Source: Azolla caroliniana (taxonomy: Eukaryota; Plantae; Polypodiophyta). From it: a stretch of DNA of 64,000 nucleotides. Location: positions 21,452,001-21,516,000 of the forward strand of contig JBHGNT010000004.1 of the NCBI GenBank assembly GCA_043228905.1, in the 5' to 3' direction. Each line of letters begins with the position of its first letter. Within the stretch, counting starts at the first letter, position 1. The notes beneath the pieces were generated by a model. It was not told where the DNA came from. It saw only the letters and a program-made list of their open reading frames with translations, and searched no databases. Shown here piece after piece: positions 33,861 to 46,649 of the stretch. The position numbers were made by a program, and so were the translations under genes.

Positions 33861-35879
33861 TTCATTATAGTTCAGTGTTTAAGCCAATGATTACATGTGA
33901 TGGAAAGAACATTCTTGTAGGTGTTCACCGTTCTTTGTCATTTTTATTGGTCAACCTCGGCTACAACCTTTATAAGGTTGTTAGTGTAATCATTTTGTCA
34001 TGGATGTAGAAGTTCTACTAATGAAGAAGATGTTTTTTTGGTAAAAAAATTATTTGCTTCACTTCTAGTGAAAAGCTTCTGCAATTATATTCATGGCAAG
34101 AATTGCAATTTAAGAAACTACCCAAACTTTTCACCTTCCTAACTTTGAATCCATTTGACTACTAAGCCATTTTCCAGAACCTTCGTCTCCACCCAAGCCA
34201 CCAATAATACAGGCTAGCTTCGAACAAATGTGTGTGAAGTCAAATCTTGCATAAAGACATTTTGGACTATGTGGATAAAATTGATCTTCAATTAGATGTG
34301 CAAACATGCCACATAAAGGTCCTCCATCACTTTTGTTGTTGCCCAATTCTTCCACCTATGATTAGTGCTTATTGGCCATTGGCCCTTCCTATAGAACTAT
34401 TTTGACATTAATTTCATAGTAGAATCATAATTGATTATACTAGTGTCACCGCCAATTCTTTGATGTTCTCGATTAACATTGTATCTTGGTGGTTATACAA
34501 CTTACAAGCCCATTGTTGTTCCTCTTCATGAGTCAATGATTGCATTTCAAACTCCATCTTCACTATCCCTAGAATATGTATAACTAGGTCTAGGACAAGT
34601 GAATTCGGTTGCCTTCATAATATATAATATTTGTCAGTTGGTGACATGTGCACTCACCATATCGCACCATTATGTGTACCCACAAGGAAATACCAACCTC
34701 TCCTTTAAAATAAATCCCCTTCTCAACTTCGTTTTCTCTCATCCTCTAAACCATTATTGTTGGCACACTGGTTGGAGTAGTTGCAAATCTTCTTCACCTT
34801 TCTCATGACATGATTAGGCTAGTCTCAATCAATACATCCTCCAAGAGTATTTCAAATCTATTTGATCTGGTATGTTGACAAATCCAAGAAACAAACCTCA
34901 AGCTAAAGTAGAGTTTGGCCCATCACGCAAGTTGGCACCACTTGTCACTCGTGTCTTTGCCTAAGATTATAAACTATTGAATCTAAATATATCTGTTCAT
35001 GGACTTTGCTATGAAACTTATTTTTCATCCTAAGACATGAATATTTATTAATTAAGATATTCTATGTTATCAATAGTTACAATGTGTCTTAATATATAAG
35101 TGTACAGTTTGACAACCACACCTTTCTTTATAATAAATTATGGCGGAATGCGGAAGTCTTCAGACAATAATGGTGCAGGTGAGGCTTTCGTTGTGACAAT
35201 TGTTTTACATTTCCAAGGTACTAATCATCCTAATATCTATAGATATGAGACATCAGAGGTAGGTTGGCTATCTCTCGCTCATTGCTTAAGGGTGGTCGAG
35301 AGGATCGGTTTCCTCTATCCAATCTATTCACCTTTTTATACTTTAATATGGTCTATTGGTTAGCAATAGATTCTTCAAAGTTGCACACCTAAACATTGAC
35401 AATGATCAAAGATTTTATAAATGTTGGACTTTCTAGTACTTCATCAAATTTGTAAAAATGATAGAAGTTATGGCGTTATTGTGGAACTTCTAAAAACTAT
35501 ATTCTTTTTTAAACTTCCGACCCTAAAAAATGCCATATTTTCTACTAGGAATGAAGGGTTGGAATTTTTGTCACATTTGCAGAAGTGTTGGAAATTCCAA
35601 TAAATTTGAACAAATGTCATGAATCTAAGTTTTTAAAAAATGCCAATATTTTCAACACTTCATTTTTATTAGAAATTATAGTGTTTTTAGATAGAGTTAA
35701 AATTATCAATATGTTTATTGACAAAAATGAAGTGTTGAGTTTCTGGTGATATTGCCAAAAAGTCTAATTCTGGATTTCCAACATTCAATCAAAATGTCAA
35801 TAATCAATTGAATGGTAGTGACGATAACAACACATTACCTATCATGCGATTGGAATGAGGAACTATTAGGACGACCGAT

Positions 35880-36200
35880 TCTCCATCCTGGTCATAAACA
35901 AAGTCAACAGAGCTAAAGTCATTGTGGACCATACTTGCAGGTCTAACAACATGGCAAATATGGAAGCACTCCTACCATAGGATCTTCCAAGGGAAACCCA
36001 TACCACCACCAGAAGTAATCATGGAACTTTGGGATCACCTCATCGCCTTCCTCTTTGGCATTTGGTATATGTATCATGGAAGGTTTTTCTGGAGTGGGAA
36101 GCTACTTTGGAATCAACCAAATTGTAGTTTGGAAGTTCCGTTTTTGTTACCCACACAAATGTACTCTCCTAAAAGTCATTGCTATATGAGGAGATAATTG
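35880..36200 (+). mobile_element. L1-type LINE 3' coding fragment
   Basis: LWTILAGLTTWQIWKH...IFQGKPIPPPEVIMELWDHLI resembles 48611..49261 (LWMLLAPIIIWCIWTIRC...PPVETIKLIWHTLI). Confidence 0.6.
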
Positions 36201-36751
36201 TATGGCCACCAAGCTATTCGTGTGGTTGGAAAAACGCACTTTGTGCTCACTTAGGTTCTTTATTTTTAGGGGCAAAACATAGTTCATGCTCACACTTACG
36301 GATAATAAGAAGGGGGTTACCCCCCTAAAATGATTGTAAATGATTACTTGCGGAAGCGTTAGAAAACAGAGAAAGTAGAGAATAAACAGAGTACACGGGA
36401 GAGACAGAGAGAGCAGAACGTAAAAGTTATATTCAAAAACAATATAATCACTCTCTAATTAAAACTGTACTCAATAGCACTATTTATACAAGTCCTCGTG
36501 GGACTGACAGAAGTACAGCATACTTCAATGCTCACACGAGCATCTGACACTTACTACGAGACTATAACTGCCTAGTAGTCTAAACTAATACTAGGCTTCC
36601 GGTTATCAATTGGATCCGGCTGACCGGCTCCCCAGCTGACCGACTCTGTTGCTTGCCGGCTCAGTTGCTCACCGGCTTACCGATCCGTCTCGCTCACCGG
36701 CTCAGGCTTATCCAGTCGATCCGGTTGACCGGTGCCCCAGCTGACCGGCTC

Positions 36752-37085
36752 TGTTAGGAAATAGGTCCCTGGCCTCAACCGAAACCGGATGTGGAGTACC
36801 CGGCAACGAAAGACCTAGTGAGAACCGGATGTGGAGTACCCAGCTACGGAAGCCCAGTGAGAACCGGATGACGAGTACCTGGCAAGAACCGGATGGTGAA
36901 GGCCTGGTGAGAAGTGCTCACCGGATGAAGGGACATATTCGTAAATATGTTTTCTGAGAGTCCATCAGGGCTATATTTGTAAATAGCCGAAAATTCATAT
37001 TAGTATAAATATGACTTAGGGCAAACTTAGTGTGTGAGCAGTTGTCATTCTTGTTGGTGCAAGATTTGAGTGCGTAACTGTGTAC

Positions 37086-37117
<32 letters not shown>

Positions 37118-37387
37118 AGAGGTTGTTGCCTCTGTTGTAACCGCCGCTTGTGGCGAAGATAGCAAGCTCGAGGTCGTTGCCTCGGTGCTTCACTATTGTA
37201 CATTGTGATATAGTGATAGTTTGCAGTCCGAGGGCTGTCGTGGTTTTTCCCTAGTTTGGGTTTTCCATGTTAACATACTGTGTACTCTTCTCTTCACTGT
37301 GTCGTGTGTTCATTACCCGTTTTCTGTGTTTGATCCTAGTCTCGGTTGTGGCCGAGCGTTGTTCATCAGGAGCGTGTGTTCTTGTCA
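36752..37387 (+). mobile_element. Solo LTR, family B (636 bp), inserted in the Copia 3' LTR
   Basis: TGTTAGGA...CTTGTCA with TSD GGCTC (36747-36751 and 37388-37392). Homologous to 3072-3754. Confidence 0.92.
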
Positions 37388-37429
37388 GGCTCCAGTTGAG
37401 CTTGCCGCTCAACACTCCCCCTCAAGCTC

Positions 37430-40400
37430 AACTTGAGGTTGGATCCAAGTGTCAGCCTCTGTGGCAGTCAGTTCTTCCAACCGACTTCTCCTGGCGTCGC
37501 TCCGCCTTGCCCGCACTCCTCATCCGGTTTGGTTCTGTTTGCCGCGACCCCTCTTGTTCTGCGCACCTCGACCTCCTCGGTCGGCTTGTCTGCTCAATAG
37601 GCCCAATTCAGCTCCCTTGCTACTGTGACTTCGGCGCGTTCCGGTTCGCCGATTCCTTCGTGTTGGCGTCGACTTTCGCTGCCTTCTTGTCCTCTTGGCC
37701 TTGAATTGATCCGGTTCTTCCGAATCAACTGTCTTTGATTCGTTCTAACTCTTGTCTGAATCGGTTGCTCCCAATTCGTCTTCTGGTTTCAAGCCCGTCA
37801 CCACATCGAACCATGTCCGGGTCTTGGCCTTCTTCCTTCGATCGGCTCTGTCCTTGACTTTGCCGCTTGTTCCGACTTGTTCGGACGTGTCGACTTCCCT
37901 TGTCAACTTGGCTCCTTTCTTCTTCTTGACTCTCCCTTCATCGGTTCTTCCCTCACCGGCGCAATCAACAGTCTCTTTGCCTTTGCCCGTTCCGGTATCT
38001 TTGCCCGTTCTCCCCCTCAAGTGTGGCACGTCGAGATGCTGAACACCAAGCATTTCGGTGAAGTGCTACAACTTGTCCGATCTGAGTGGTTTGGTGAAGA
38101 TGTCGGCAACGTGCCGATCCGTGTGAACATACCGAAGTTCGACCTCACCACTCAAGTCACGCACACGCACGAAGTGATAGTGCACTTCTATGTGATTTGT
38201 GCGAGCATGGAATACGGGGTTCTTGGCGAGTTGCGTGCTACTTATGTTGTCCCTGTAGACCAGAATCGGGGTTGGTACCTCGATCTGTAGGTCTTGCAGC
38301 AATCGCCACAGGTGGCAATGGTAGCACCCCCATACTCAGCCTCAGTGCTCGACATAGCAACTGTTGGCTGCTTTTTGCTGCTCCACGCAACAGTTGCGTT
38401 CCCAAGGGAAAACATAAAACCGGAAGGGGATCTGCAATCCAACGCATCGTCGGCCCAGTCGGCATCCGTGTAACCGACTAGCTCTTCGGTTATACCTCGC
38501 CGGTATAACAGTCCCCGGTCCTTCGTGCCGCTTACATATCGCAATATCTGCTACGCGTACTAAAGGTGCTCCACGGTCGGCTTCTGCATGAACTGACTTA
38601 TCATACCGACCGGATAGCTGATGTCGGGTCGCGTGATAGTCAAGTAAATAAGGCTTCCGACAATTTGTCAGAACCGTTTCTCGTTGCAGGCCGGTCCGGA
38701 ATTGGGACGAAGCTTCTGGTTCCGATCCAAGGGTGTGGAGACAGGTCGGCATTCTGTCATGCCGAACTTGTATAGCATATTCAAGACGTAATGTCGTTGT
38801 GAGAGCAATATGCCGTCGGGGGTTCGGATCACCTCAATCCCAAGAAAATAATGAAGGTCCCCCAGGTCCTTCATCTCAAATGCGTCTGACAACTAGGACT
38901 TGATGCAGTTGACTTCTGGAAGACCCGGTCTGGTGATGACTAACTCATCAACATACAACAGGATACATACCGGACCGGCTGAGCCTTGCCGGATGAACAA
39001 CGAAGAGTGGGACCTGGAGGCCGCAAACCCCATCTTACGCAACCGGTGCGTGATCTTCGCATTCCAAGCTCGAGGGGCTTACTTCAGGCCATACAATGAC
39101 TTCTTCAGCCGGCATACCGCCGACTTGTTCATCTCCGATTGAAAACCGGGGGGCTGAGTCATAAGGACTTCTTCTTCAGGATCACCCTGAAGAAATGCAT
39201 TCTTCACATCCATCTGGTGAAGATGCCACCCCCTTGCTGCAGCAACCGCCAACACCACACGAACTGTCGTCATCTTCACTATCGGAGCGAAGGTCTCGTC
39301 GTAGTCGATTCCATGGGTCTGCGTGTATCCCTTCGCCATTAACCAGGCCTTGTACCGGTTAACTGAACCGTCATCGTTGTACTTTACCTTGTACACCCAC
39401 TTGCATCCGATCAGTTTACAGTGACGGGGAGGGTCAACTAGGTCCCATGTCTGGTTGACATCAAGTGCTCGCATTTCTTCCTCCATAGATGCACGCCAAT
39501 TTGCTTCCTTTGCCGCTTCTGCGTAGCTCTCCGGCTCACGCACTTCCACCACCTTGGTCATGTACGCATAGTGATGCACCATGTACTCATTGTACCCGTA
39601 CCGCTTGACGGGATCCTTCTCGCGGGTGGACCGGCGTAACTCACCGTTACCAGGTTTGAGGCCCTTCTTGACCGGTTCGGTCTTCGTTGCCGAAGATCTC
39701 CCTGTCTCCTTGCCGGAGTCGAATGCACACCGATCCAACTCATCGTTGCCGGTTTTGAATTCCGACATCTTTTTCTTCCCTTTCTCTTTGCGCGTGAACC
39801 GTCTCCTCGATTCCTTGCGCAGGGAGAGCACAGCAGAGTCTCCACTACTCGTTGGTTCCTCATCAGACTGGTCAGATTGTCTCAGTCTCTCGTTCGGCCC
39901 ACTCAACCAAAACGATTCCTAACTCTCATCCTGAGTCCAGGCTTCATCATCATCTACCTGGGCCGCTTTAGGCTCACTAGCCTCATCCTCCAGCATTGGG
40001 TCGAATTCGGAAGTCGGAGTCGGTAAGGAGTACCACGATGCCGATTCATCGAACTCGACATCTCGACTAACTCGGACCTGCTTTGTCCAGGGGTTATAAC
40101 ATTTATAACCCTTTTGCTCTTGAGCATAGCCGATTAGGATGCATTTTTCCGATTTTGCATCTAGCTTCCTCGGCTTCTCCTCCGGTACATGCACATATGC
40201 AATGCTACCGAAGATCTTAAGGTGTCTCAAATTCGGCTTGCGCCCAAAATACAGCTCGTGAGCTGATACCTTGTCACCAATCCGGTTATGGATGTAGACA
40301 GTCGTTCGGACTGCCTCCGCCCAATAGAATTTGGGCATGCTCTTCTCCTCCAGCATTGCCCTTGTCGCATCAATAAGCGACCGGTTCTTCCTTTCGGCAA

Positions 40401-42269
40401 CATCATTCTGTTGTGGTGTGTATCTGCAGTTGAACTCTCGCCGAATTCCCTTTTGCTGCAGATAACTGTTGAATTGGCCGGAAAAGTATTCTTTCCCGCC
40501 ATCCGACCACAGGCATTTGATCTTCCTCTCTGATTCCCGTTCCACCATGCTTTGGAGACTCCGGAAACACTCGAAGACTTCACTCTTCCGCTCAATGAGG
40601 TAGATCCATGTGTGCCGCGTACAGTCGTCGATGAAGGAGACGAAATATCGACTCCTGCCAAGACTAACATTCTGTGTCGGTCCCCACACATCCGAATGGA
40701 TAAGGTCGAGCTTGTTATAGCTCCGGTTACGTTCGGTAGGGAATGGAAGCCAGTGTTGCTTCCCGAGTTGGCAGGCTTCACATACTTGGGTCTTCCGGCC
40801 ACTGAACTTCGGCAAACCGAAAACAACTTGTTTCATTTGCAGGTCTTGAAGCCTCCGGTAATTGACGTGGCCTATCCGCTTGTGCCGCAAGTCGATGTCC
40901 GATTCGACCTTCTGTCCTTTTGCAAACAGAACTGTGCCGACGTCATTGGTGTCGAGGATAATCATCCTCATGTCTCTGTGCCCTTGCGCAATAATCTGGC
41001 CCTCTTCCTCGATGAAGCACCCGAGGTGCGTAAACCGCACCTGCATCCCTTGGTCGACGATCTGTCCGACCGACACCAGGTTCTTCGTGATTGTCGGAAC
41101 GTGTAATACGTTCATCAGCTTCCCCTTCTGTCCGACATGGCTCAAAGGGACTTCTCCGACGTGCACGATTTGGTGAGGAGTGTCGTCTCCGGTTTCGACT
41201 ACTCTTGGTTTATCCGGTTTCTCCAAAAAGGAGAACCACTCTTTGTGGCTCCTCATGTGGTTCGACACACCAGAATCAACATACCACACTTCCTCCAATT
41301 TGGAAGTGGTCTTCTTCATCGAGTTCGCCTCGTGCTTCATCACCAAGGCTAGCCTGTTACCGTTCTTGGACCCTCCCGATCCCTTCGCGTAGTGTGAGCT
41401 TTGCCGGCCATCCTTGCCGATTCCGAATTTGTCCGAATTAGCACGTTTTCTCCAGCACTCGCTTTCTATGTGGCCCTTTCTGCCACAATACCAGCATTCC
41501 ATTGCAGATTTGTCTTGTCGGCCTCCGGCACCGCCTTGACTCCCCATGCCTGTGGAAGTCCCGGAACTGCTGTCGGCACGTTCTCTGTGCCTTCGTTCTT
41601 ACTCTTGCCAGCCGCCCCGCCTTGTCCACCATGCCCACGGGACCGATCCGCCTCCATGTACAGCATCCGGCTGTCAGTGGGTGCACTAGTTGACGCACCG
41701 GCATGGTTCTCCTCTACAAGGAGCATCGACTGTAAGTCAAAGAATGACGGTGTATTCTCCCTTGTACATACCGCCGTTCGGAACGCTCTGAACTTAGACG
41801 CCAGGCCCCCAAGACAGACCTATACCATCTCGTCTTCCTCTACGGTAACGTTGATGGAGGCAAGCGAGTCACATATCTCTTTGATCCGGGCCTTGTAATC
41901 CGCCACCGACATGTCCTTCTGTCGGACATTGCTCAACTCCTGTCGGAGTTGCAGCTTCCAGGTTGTGGTACTTGCAGCGAAAACCTTCTTCAAGTTTCCC
42001 CAAGCCTCTTTCGGCGTCTTGGCGTCTCGAATGTGGCTCAGCAGCTGGTCTTCGACACTGGGCACGAAACAAGACATCACTCTGCTTGCCAAGTGTTCCC
42101 ACATTGGGAACTCCTTATGTGTCGCATCAGGTGTTGTTTCATTGGCTCCTTCGATGAAACTCCAGTAGCCATGCCCAAGCAGGTACTAGTGCATCTTGTA
42201 CGACCAAGATGCGTAGTTGGATCTGTCAAGTTTCTCCACAAGGAGCGAGTTAGTCATCCCTCTATCCAT
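37430..42269 (-). pseudogene. Copia gag-PR-INT-RT-RH polyprotein with a charged C-terminal extension (disrupted)
   Basis: LDRSNYASWSYKM; CWYCGRKGHIESEC; WYVDSGVSNHM; HKRIGH...CEACQLGK; LIHSDVWGP; CKWVYKVK; [11 protein letters not shown]; YVDEL; YTDADWA; STEAEY; ADIFTKPL. Confidence 0.93.
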
Positions 42270-43903
42270 CACTTCTCTGTCTGTTGTTCTTACGACCTGT
42301 TACGGTTTGCTTTCAAGCATTTGTCGGTTGCAGAGGTTCTCAACCCTTGCGCTCTAATACCATGTAAACGATTACTTGCGAAAGCGTTAGAAAACAGAGA
42401 AAGTAGAGAATACACAGAGTACACGGGAGAGACAAAGAGAGCAGAACGTAAAAGTTATATTCGAAAACAATATAATCACTCTGTAATTACAACTGTGCTC
42501 AGTAGCACTATTTATACAAGTCCTCGTGGGACTAACAGAAGTACTGCATACTTCAATGCTCACACAAGCATCTGACACTTACTACGAGACTATAACTGCC
42601 TAGTAGTCTAAACTAATACTAGGCTTCCGGTTACCAATTGGATCCGGCTAACCGGCTCCCCAACTCACCGGCTCTATTGCTTGCCGGCTCGGTTGCTCAT
42701 CGGCTTACCGATCCGTCTCACTCACCGGCTCAAGCTTATCCAGCCGATCCGGCTCCAGTTGAGCTTGCCGCTCAACAATGATCTTAAGTAATTCAACACC
42801 AATATTGGAAGTTAATGTATAATCTTGTTATATGTTTTATGGAATCATTTTGCCATGGTTTCATCTAATTTTCTTGTTTCCTTTGCATTCCTCTCAACTC
42901 ACGTGTCATTTGACTCAACATCTATATTTTTGCCCCTCTAGTTCCCTTGCTTGAATTTGTTCATCCATCTCCTCATCCACTTTCCTTCTTGTCATTTTGT
43001 TTTCATGATGGCAATACATCTCCATATCCTTCCTACGTTCATGATAAGTTATGTATAAATGTTTTATGATTACTATTTTGAAAGATTGATTGTTTGACAT
43101 GAAGAATTGTGTAATTCAAGCTAGTTGCATAGTATGAATTTTAACTTATGGGTGTTGCCAAACAATGCTCCTATGCTTCAAATGTTAAATTTTCCTCAAA
43201 TAACTAATAATAATGAATCATGTGTATGTTCTTGTAATACTCTAGCAAATAGAGAGGGGTCTCACTCTTTTTTGCACTAAGATTTGGAGGTCAAACCAAG
43301 GGCTATTATGGAATACGCAATCGATCGTCTTCATAAACTATTTGGGCAATTCCGTTGTATTATGATTGTGACATTTGTAAAGTGAAGAAAGTGGAAATTT
43401 GTTTTGGTGAGCAAGTGGTGGGCAACCAACCATACTTTACATTGCTCTCACATTCTTGGCCTTCAAGAACTAAACAAACAAATTTATCTCTTCCAATACT
43501 CTAATATCACTTTCTTCGGGCTTATTATTTTGTGAACCAATTTGAGATCGAGTACTTCTTGATTTGAGAGGTGAATTTTTCCTACAAATACAACATTTTA
43601 ACACAAACTAGTATGAGCGTGGATGATCCATCTAAAGCGTCAAGATCCATTCCATTATATAACATTGGTTTCGTTTTTAAGACAGAGGAGATTTAGTGGT
43701 GCAATGTACTTTTGATTTGACACTAATACGTGGCTCATATTATAATGATCAATTTTAAATAATATTTTAATTTTTAGATTAGTTTTGTTCATTACCACAA
43801 GTTACTCACATTAAATAAGCACGTGATTGCTTGATAAGAACATTACATAAGTTGTTCTCAGGTTTACAACTAATATTTGACAATGAACATTAATATGGAT
43901 AAG

Positions 43904-46430
43904 TTTTTTTTTCTCCAAAAAAACTCCTTCCATTAGTTATAAAATTTTATAGATGAGAGTGTTATATACAAATCCTTGTAGGAACGTGATAGTTCCATCT
44001 TATGTGGATGCCCACTGACTCAAGAAAGGGAGACAATGACCATTATTGGATGAAGGTTAGTCGTTGTCTTTCAACTCCATCGGATCTGCCATTTGTATTG
44101 GCTCTTTACAGTGGCTACAACTTCAATCCATATCTCTTGCATTAACATTATTGGATGCACAGTTTGGTTAGAGAATGCCTGTCTACACTGCTATTTCATA
44201 GAATCCAAAGAGTTATTAGGCTAACCAATTCCAGCACAACTTGAGATTTGGAATTAATAGGAGTTGAGTGGATATTGTCGATGGTGGGGAAAAAAAAACC
44301 TCTTGTGCTTTTATCACCAAAGTCATCCCCTCCTCCTGATGTTCGTACTTGTCAACTGGGGCCTACCATGATAACCAACATACATTTCCCTAGTTGATTG
44401 TGCCTTGCATCTGGCATAATTGCAATAGGCAGCCAACCCCCCACCATATTTGATGGGTCTCTGGGCAGTCCCACAGAGCGTGTCAGATTGATTCTGTTGC
44501 ATTTTGGCACGCTACACAATTAGGAGAGCTAAGGTTCCCACACTGCCACACTCCAACCGGTAGTTACTTATGTATTAATAGCCATTGGAATGTGGTAATT
44601 TGCTTAGTGTGTTGTTGTTTCCAGATTTTCAACCAAAACTTAGTGATAATTGTATGAGGAACATGATATGCGTGCCATATATTTGCAACAGTCGGCCCTT
44701 AGGTGGTTTGAGTGGGTAGAATGTGGCGACCCAATCTAGTCGTGAATTGGAAGAAAGGGATGGCTTTGCTTCCTTGACCCTCATAATGATCGCACCACAT
44801 TTATTGCAAAGGGTCCCAACTGACCTTACGTAGCCATGTGTTTTCATGAGTACACATGTGCCATTCTGGTTGTACTTTGATCGGATCAGAATCTACAATT
44901 CATTTATGACTAGTATATGTGAGTACTCGAATTGCCATATTCAATGTTGATGTCTCATTGTCTTGCAATTCATGGCCTTTGATCTTGTCTGGTATTTCCC
45001 TACTTCTTGGGATCAAAGAGCACTCCTCGTAGCCTATCCACTTCTCCATTGTCGTCCTTTGATTAACAGCTTTCCTAAACAATAGAGTGTTAGTAATTTC
45101 AGATCTCATAGTCCATCCACCCTTTCCATGGAGTATGTTGGCTTGATCTTGTATTTGCAATGACATAAACCGTCTCCAACATTTTATACTCTTTCCTGGA
45201 CCTTCGACAATGCATCCCCATGACGATCCCTTGCTTGATCCAATGAGTTGACCAGATTCATCTTTGATACATGGGTTCCATAGGATGTGTTAACTGAGCC
45301 AGGTAGGTTTGGACATAGGTTGATCTCACTTGAGCCCTCGTCTTATGTCACACCACGTCTTCCACATTGATGCACTGAATCTATCCTCCAATTGGCATGA
45401 GAAACTTGGTTTGAGATCCATGTTTAGAATCCATCCCGTTTGGGGGGCCCAATTGGCCCCTTTTCGTGGCCTAAAGTAAGCAAAACGTAACCGCAATAGC
45501 ATTTTCCAGCAGTCATCCCTTGGTTGGAGTCCTCGCACCACAAATTTGGCGAGTAGGGCTTTGGATTGTGACAAGGGATCAATCAAGCCCCACCCTCCTC
45601 TCAATTTAGCTTATGTGAGTACAAACCATGCCACCTTGGCCCGAGCTGCATGATCTTCCTTACTAGACCAAATGTAGTTGTGTACTAGTCCTTGAATTTG
45701 ATGTATACTTTCCTTGGAGATTGTCCAACATGATAGGCTATACCATGTTGTTGTGAGTAATACCTAATTTGCCACTATGATGCAACTTGTTAGCGAGAGT
45801 TTTTTCGAGCTCCAATGTATCAACTTTTGTCTAATGGAGTGAATAACTGGTGCAATCATCATCTCCGAAGGAATGTTGAATGCAATTTGGAAACCCAAAT
45901 ATTTGGTGCTCACTCCTTGATTGATCCACTTAAAAGTAGGATGTGGGTGCCATGCAGGATATGCTTCATGAGAAAGCCATATTGCACGTGATTTGTGCCA
46001 ATTGATCATGGCATTTGATCTCTTGCAAAACACGGCTAATCCACTTTCTAACTTCTTTAGATTTTCCAAGTCCCCTTGTATGTAGATTGCGATGTCATCT
46101 GCAAATTCTATATCCATGAGGCTTTGGTGAGAGTTCAGCACAAGAAGACCACGTAGGTTTAGATGTCGCGAGTTGAGAAAGCTAGAGAGTGTTTCAACGT
46201 ATAATAGAAATAAGGATGGAGCCAATGTGCATCCCTATCGTACAAATCGCGATATTCAGAAGAAGAGGCCCTTTTCGCCTGCTAGTGAAATGCAACTTCT
46301 GGAATTCTTATAAAGGCATGCAGTGCCTTTGATCCATGACTCTTGAAAGCAGAGTTTTCCCATCACACTTTCTAGAAAATTCCAGCATAGTCTGTCATAT
46401 GCTTTCTCAAAATCAATATGGATAAGGTTT
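43904..46430 (-). mobile_element. Degenerate plant L1-type LINE (RT to 3' end, poly-A at about 43904-43911)
   Basis: DFEKAYDR at about 46390-46415; APSLFLLYVE...EFADDIAIY...KYLGF; GGWGLIDPL. The 3' end 43915-44290 is shared with 52630-52990. Confidence 0.75.
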
Positions 46431-46649
46431 TAGTACAAGCTAACATACAAGGTGTTGATTTATAGTATGACTTGAGAAGTCATCGTATACAAGTGCCAGT
46501 GACGACAGTCGAGCAAAGAGGGGAAGAGGTAGTGGCACAGGGATCTTGATGGCGGGGATGAGAGGAGCAATGATAGTAGAGGGTTCATTGAACAACGATT
46601 CGGAAACATCAAAGCCTGCTTGAACATCATCATGAATCCCTCTTGCCGA

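Larger units (their letters stand above)
36335..42777 (-). mobile_element. Full-length degenerate Ty1/Copia element
   Basis: LTRs at 42363-42777 and 36335-37414 (the latter split by a solo LTR), TSD ATGAT (36330-36334 and 42778-42782), Met-i PBS tggtattagagc at about 42351-42362, PPT 37415-37426. Confidence 0.95.
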
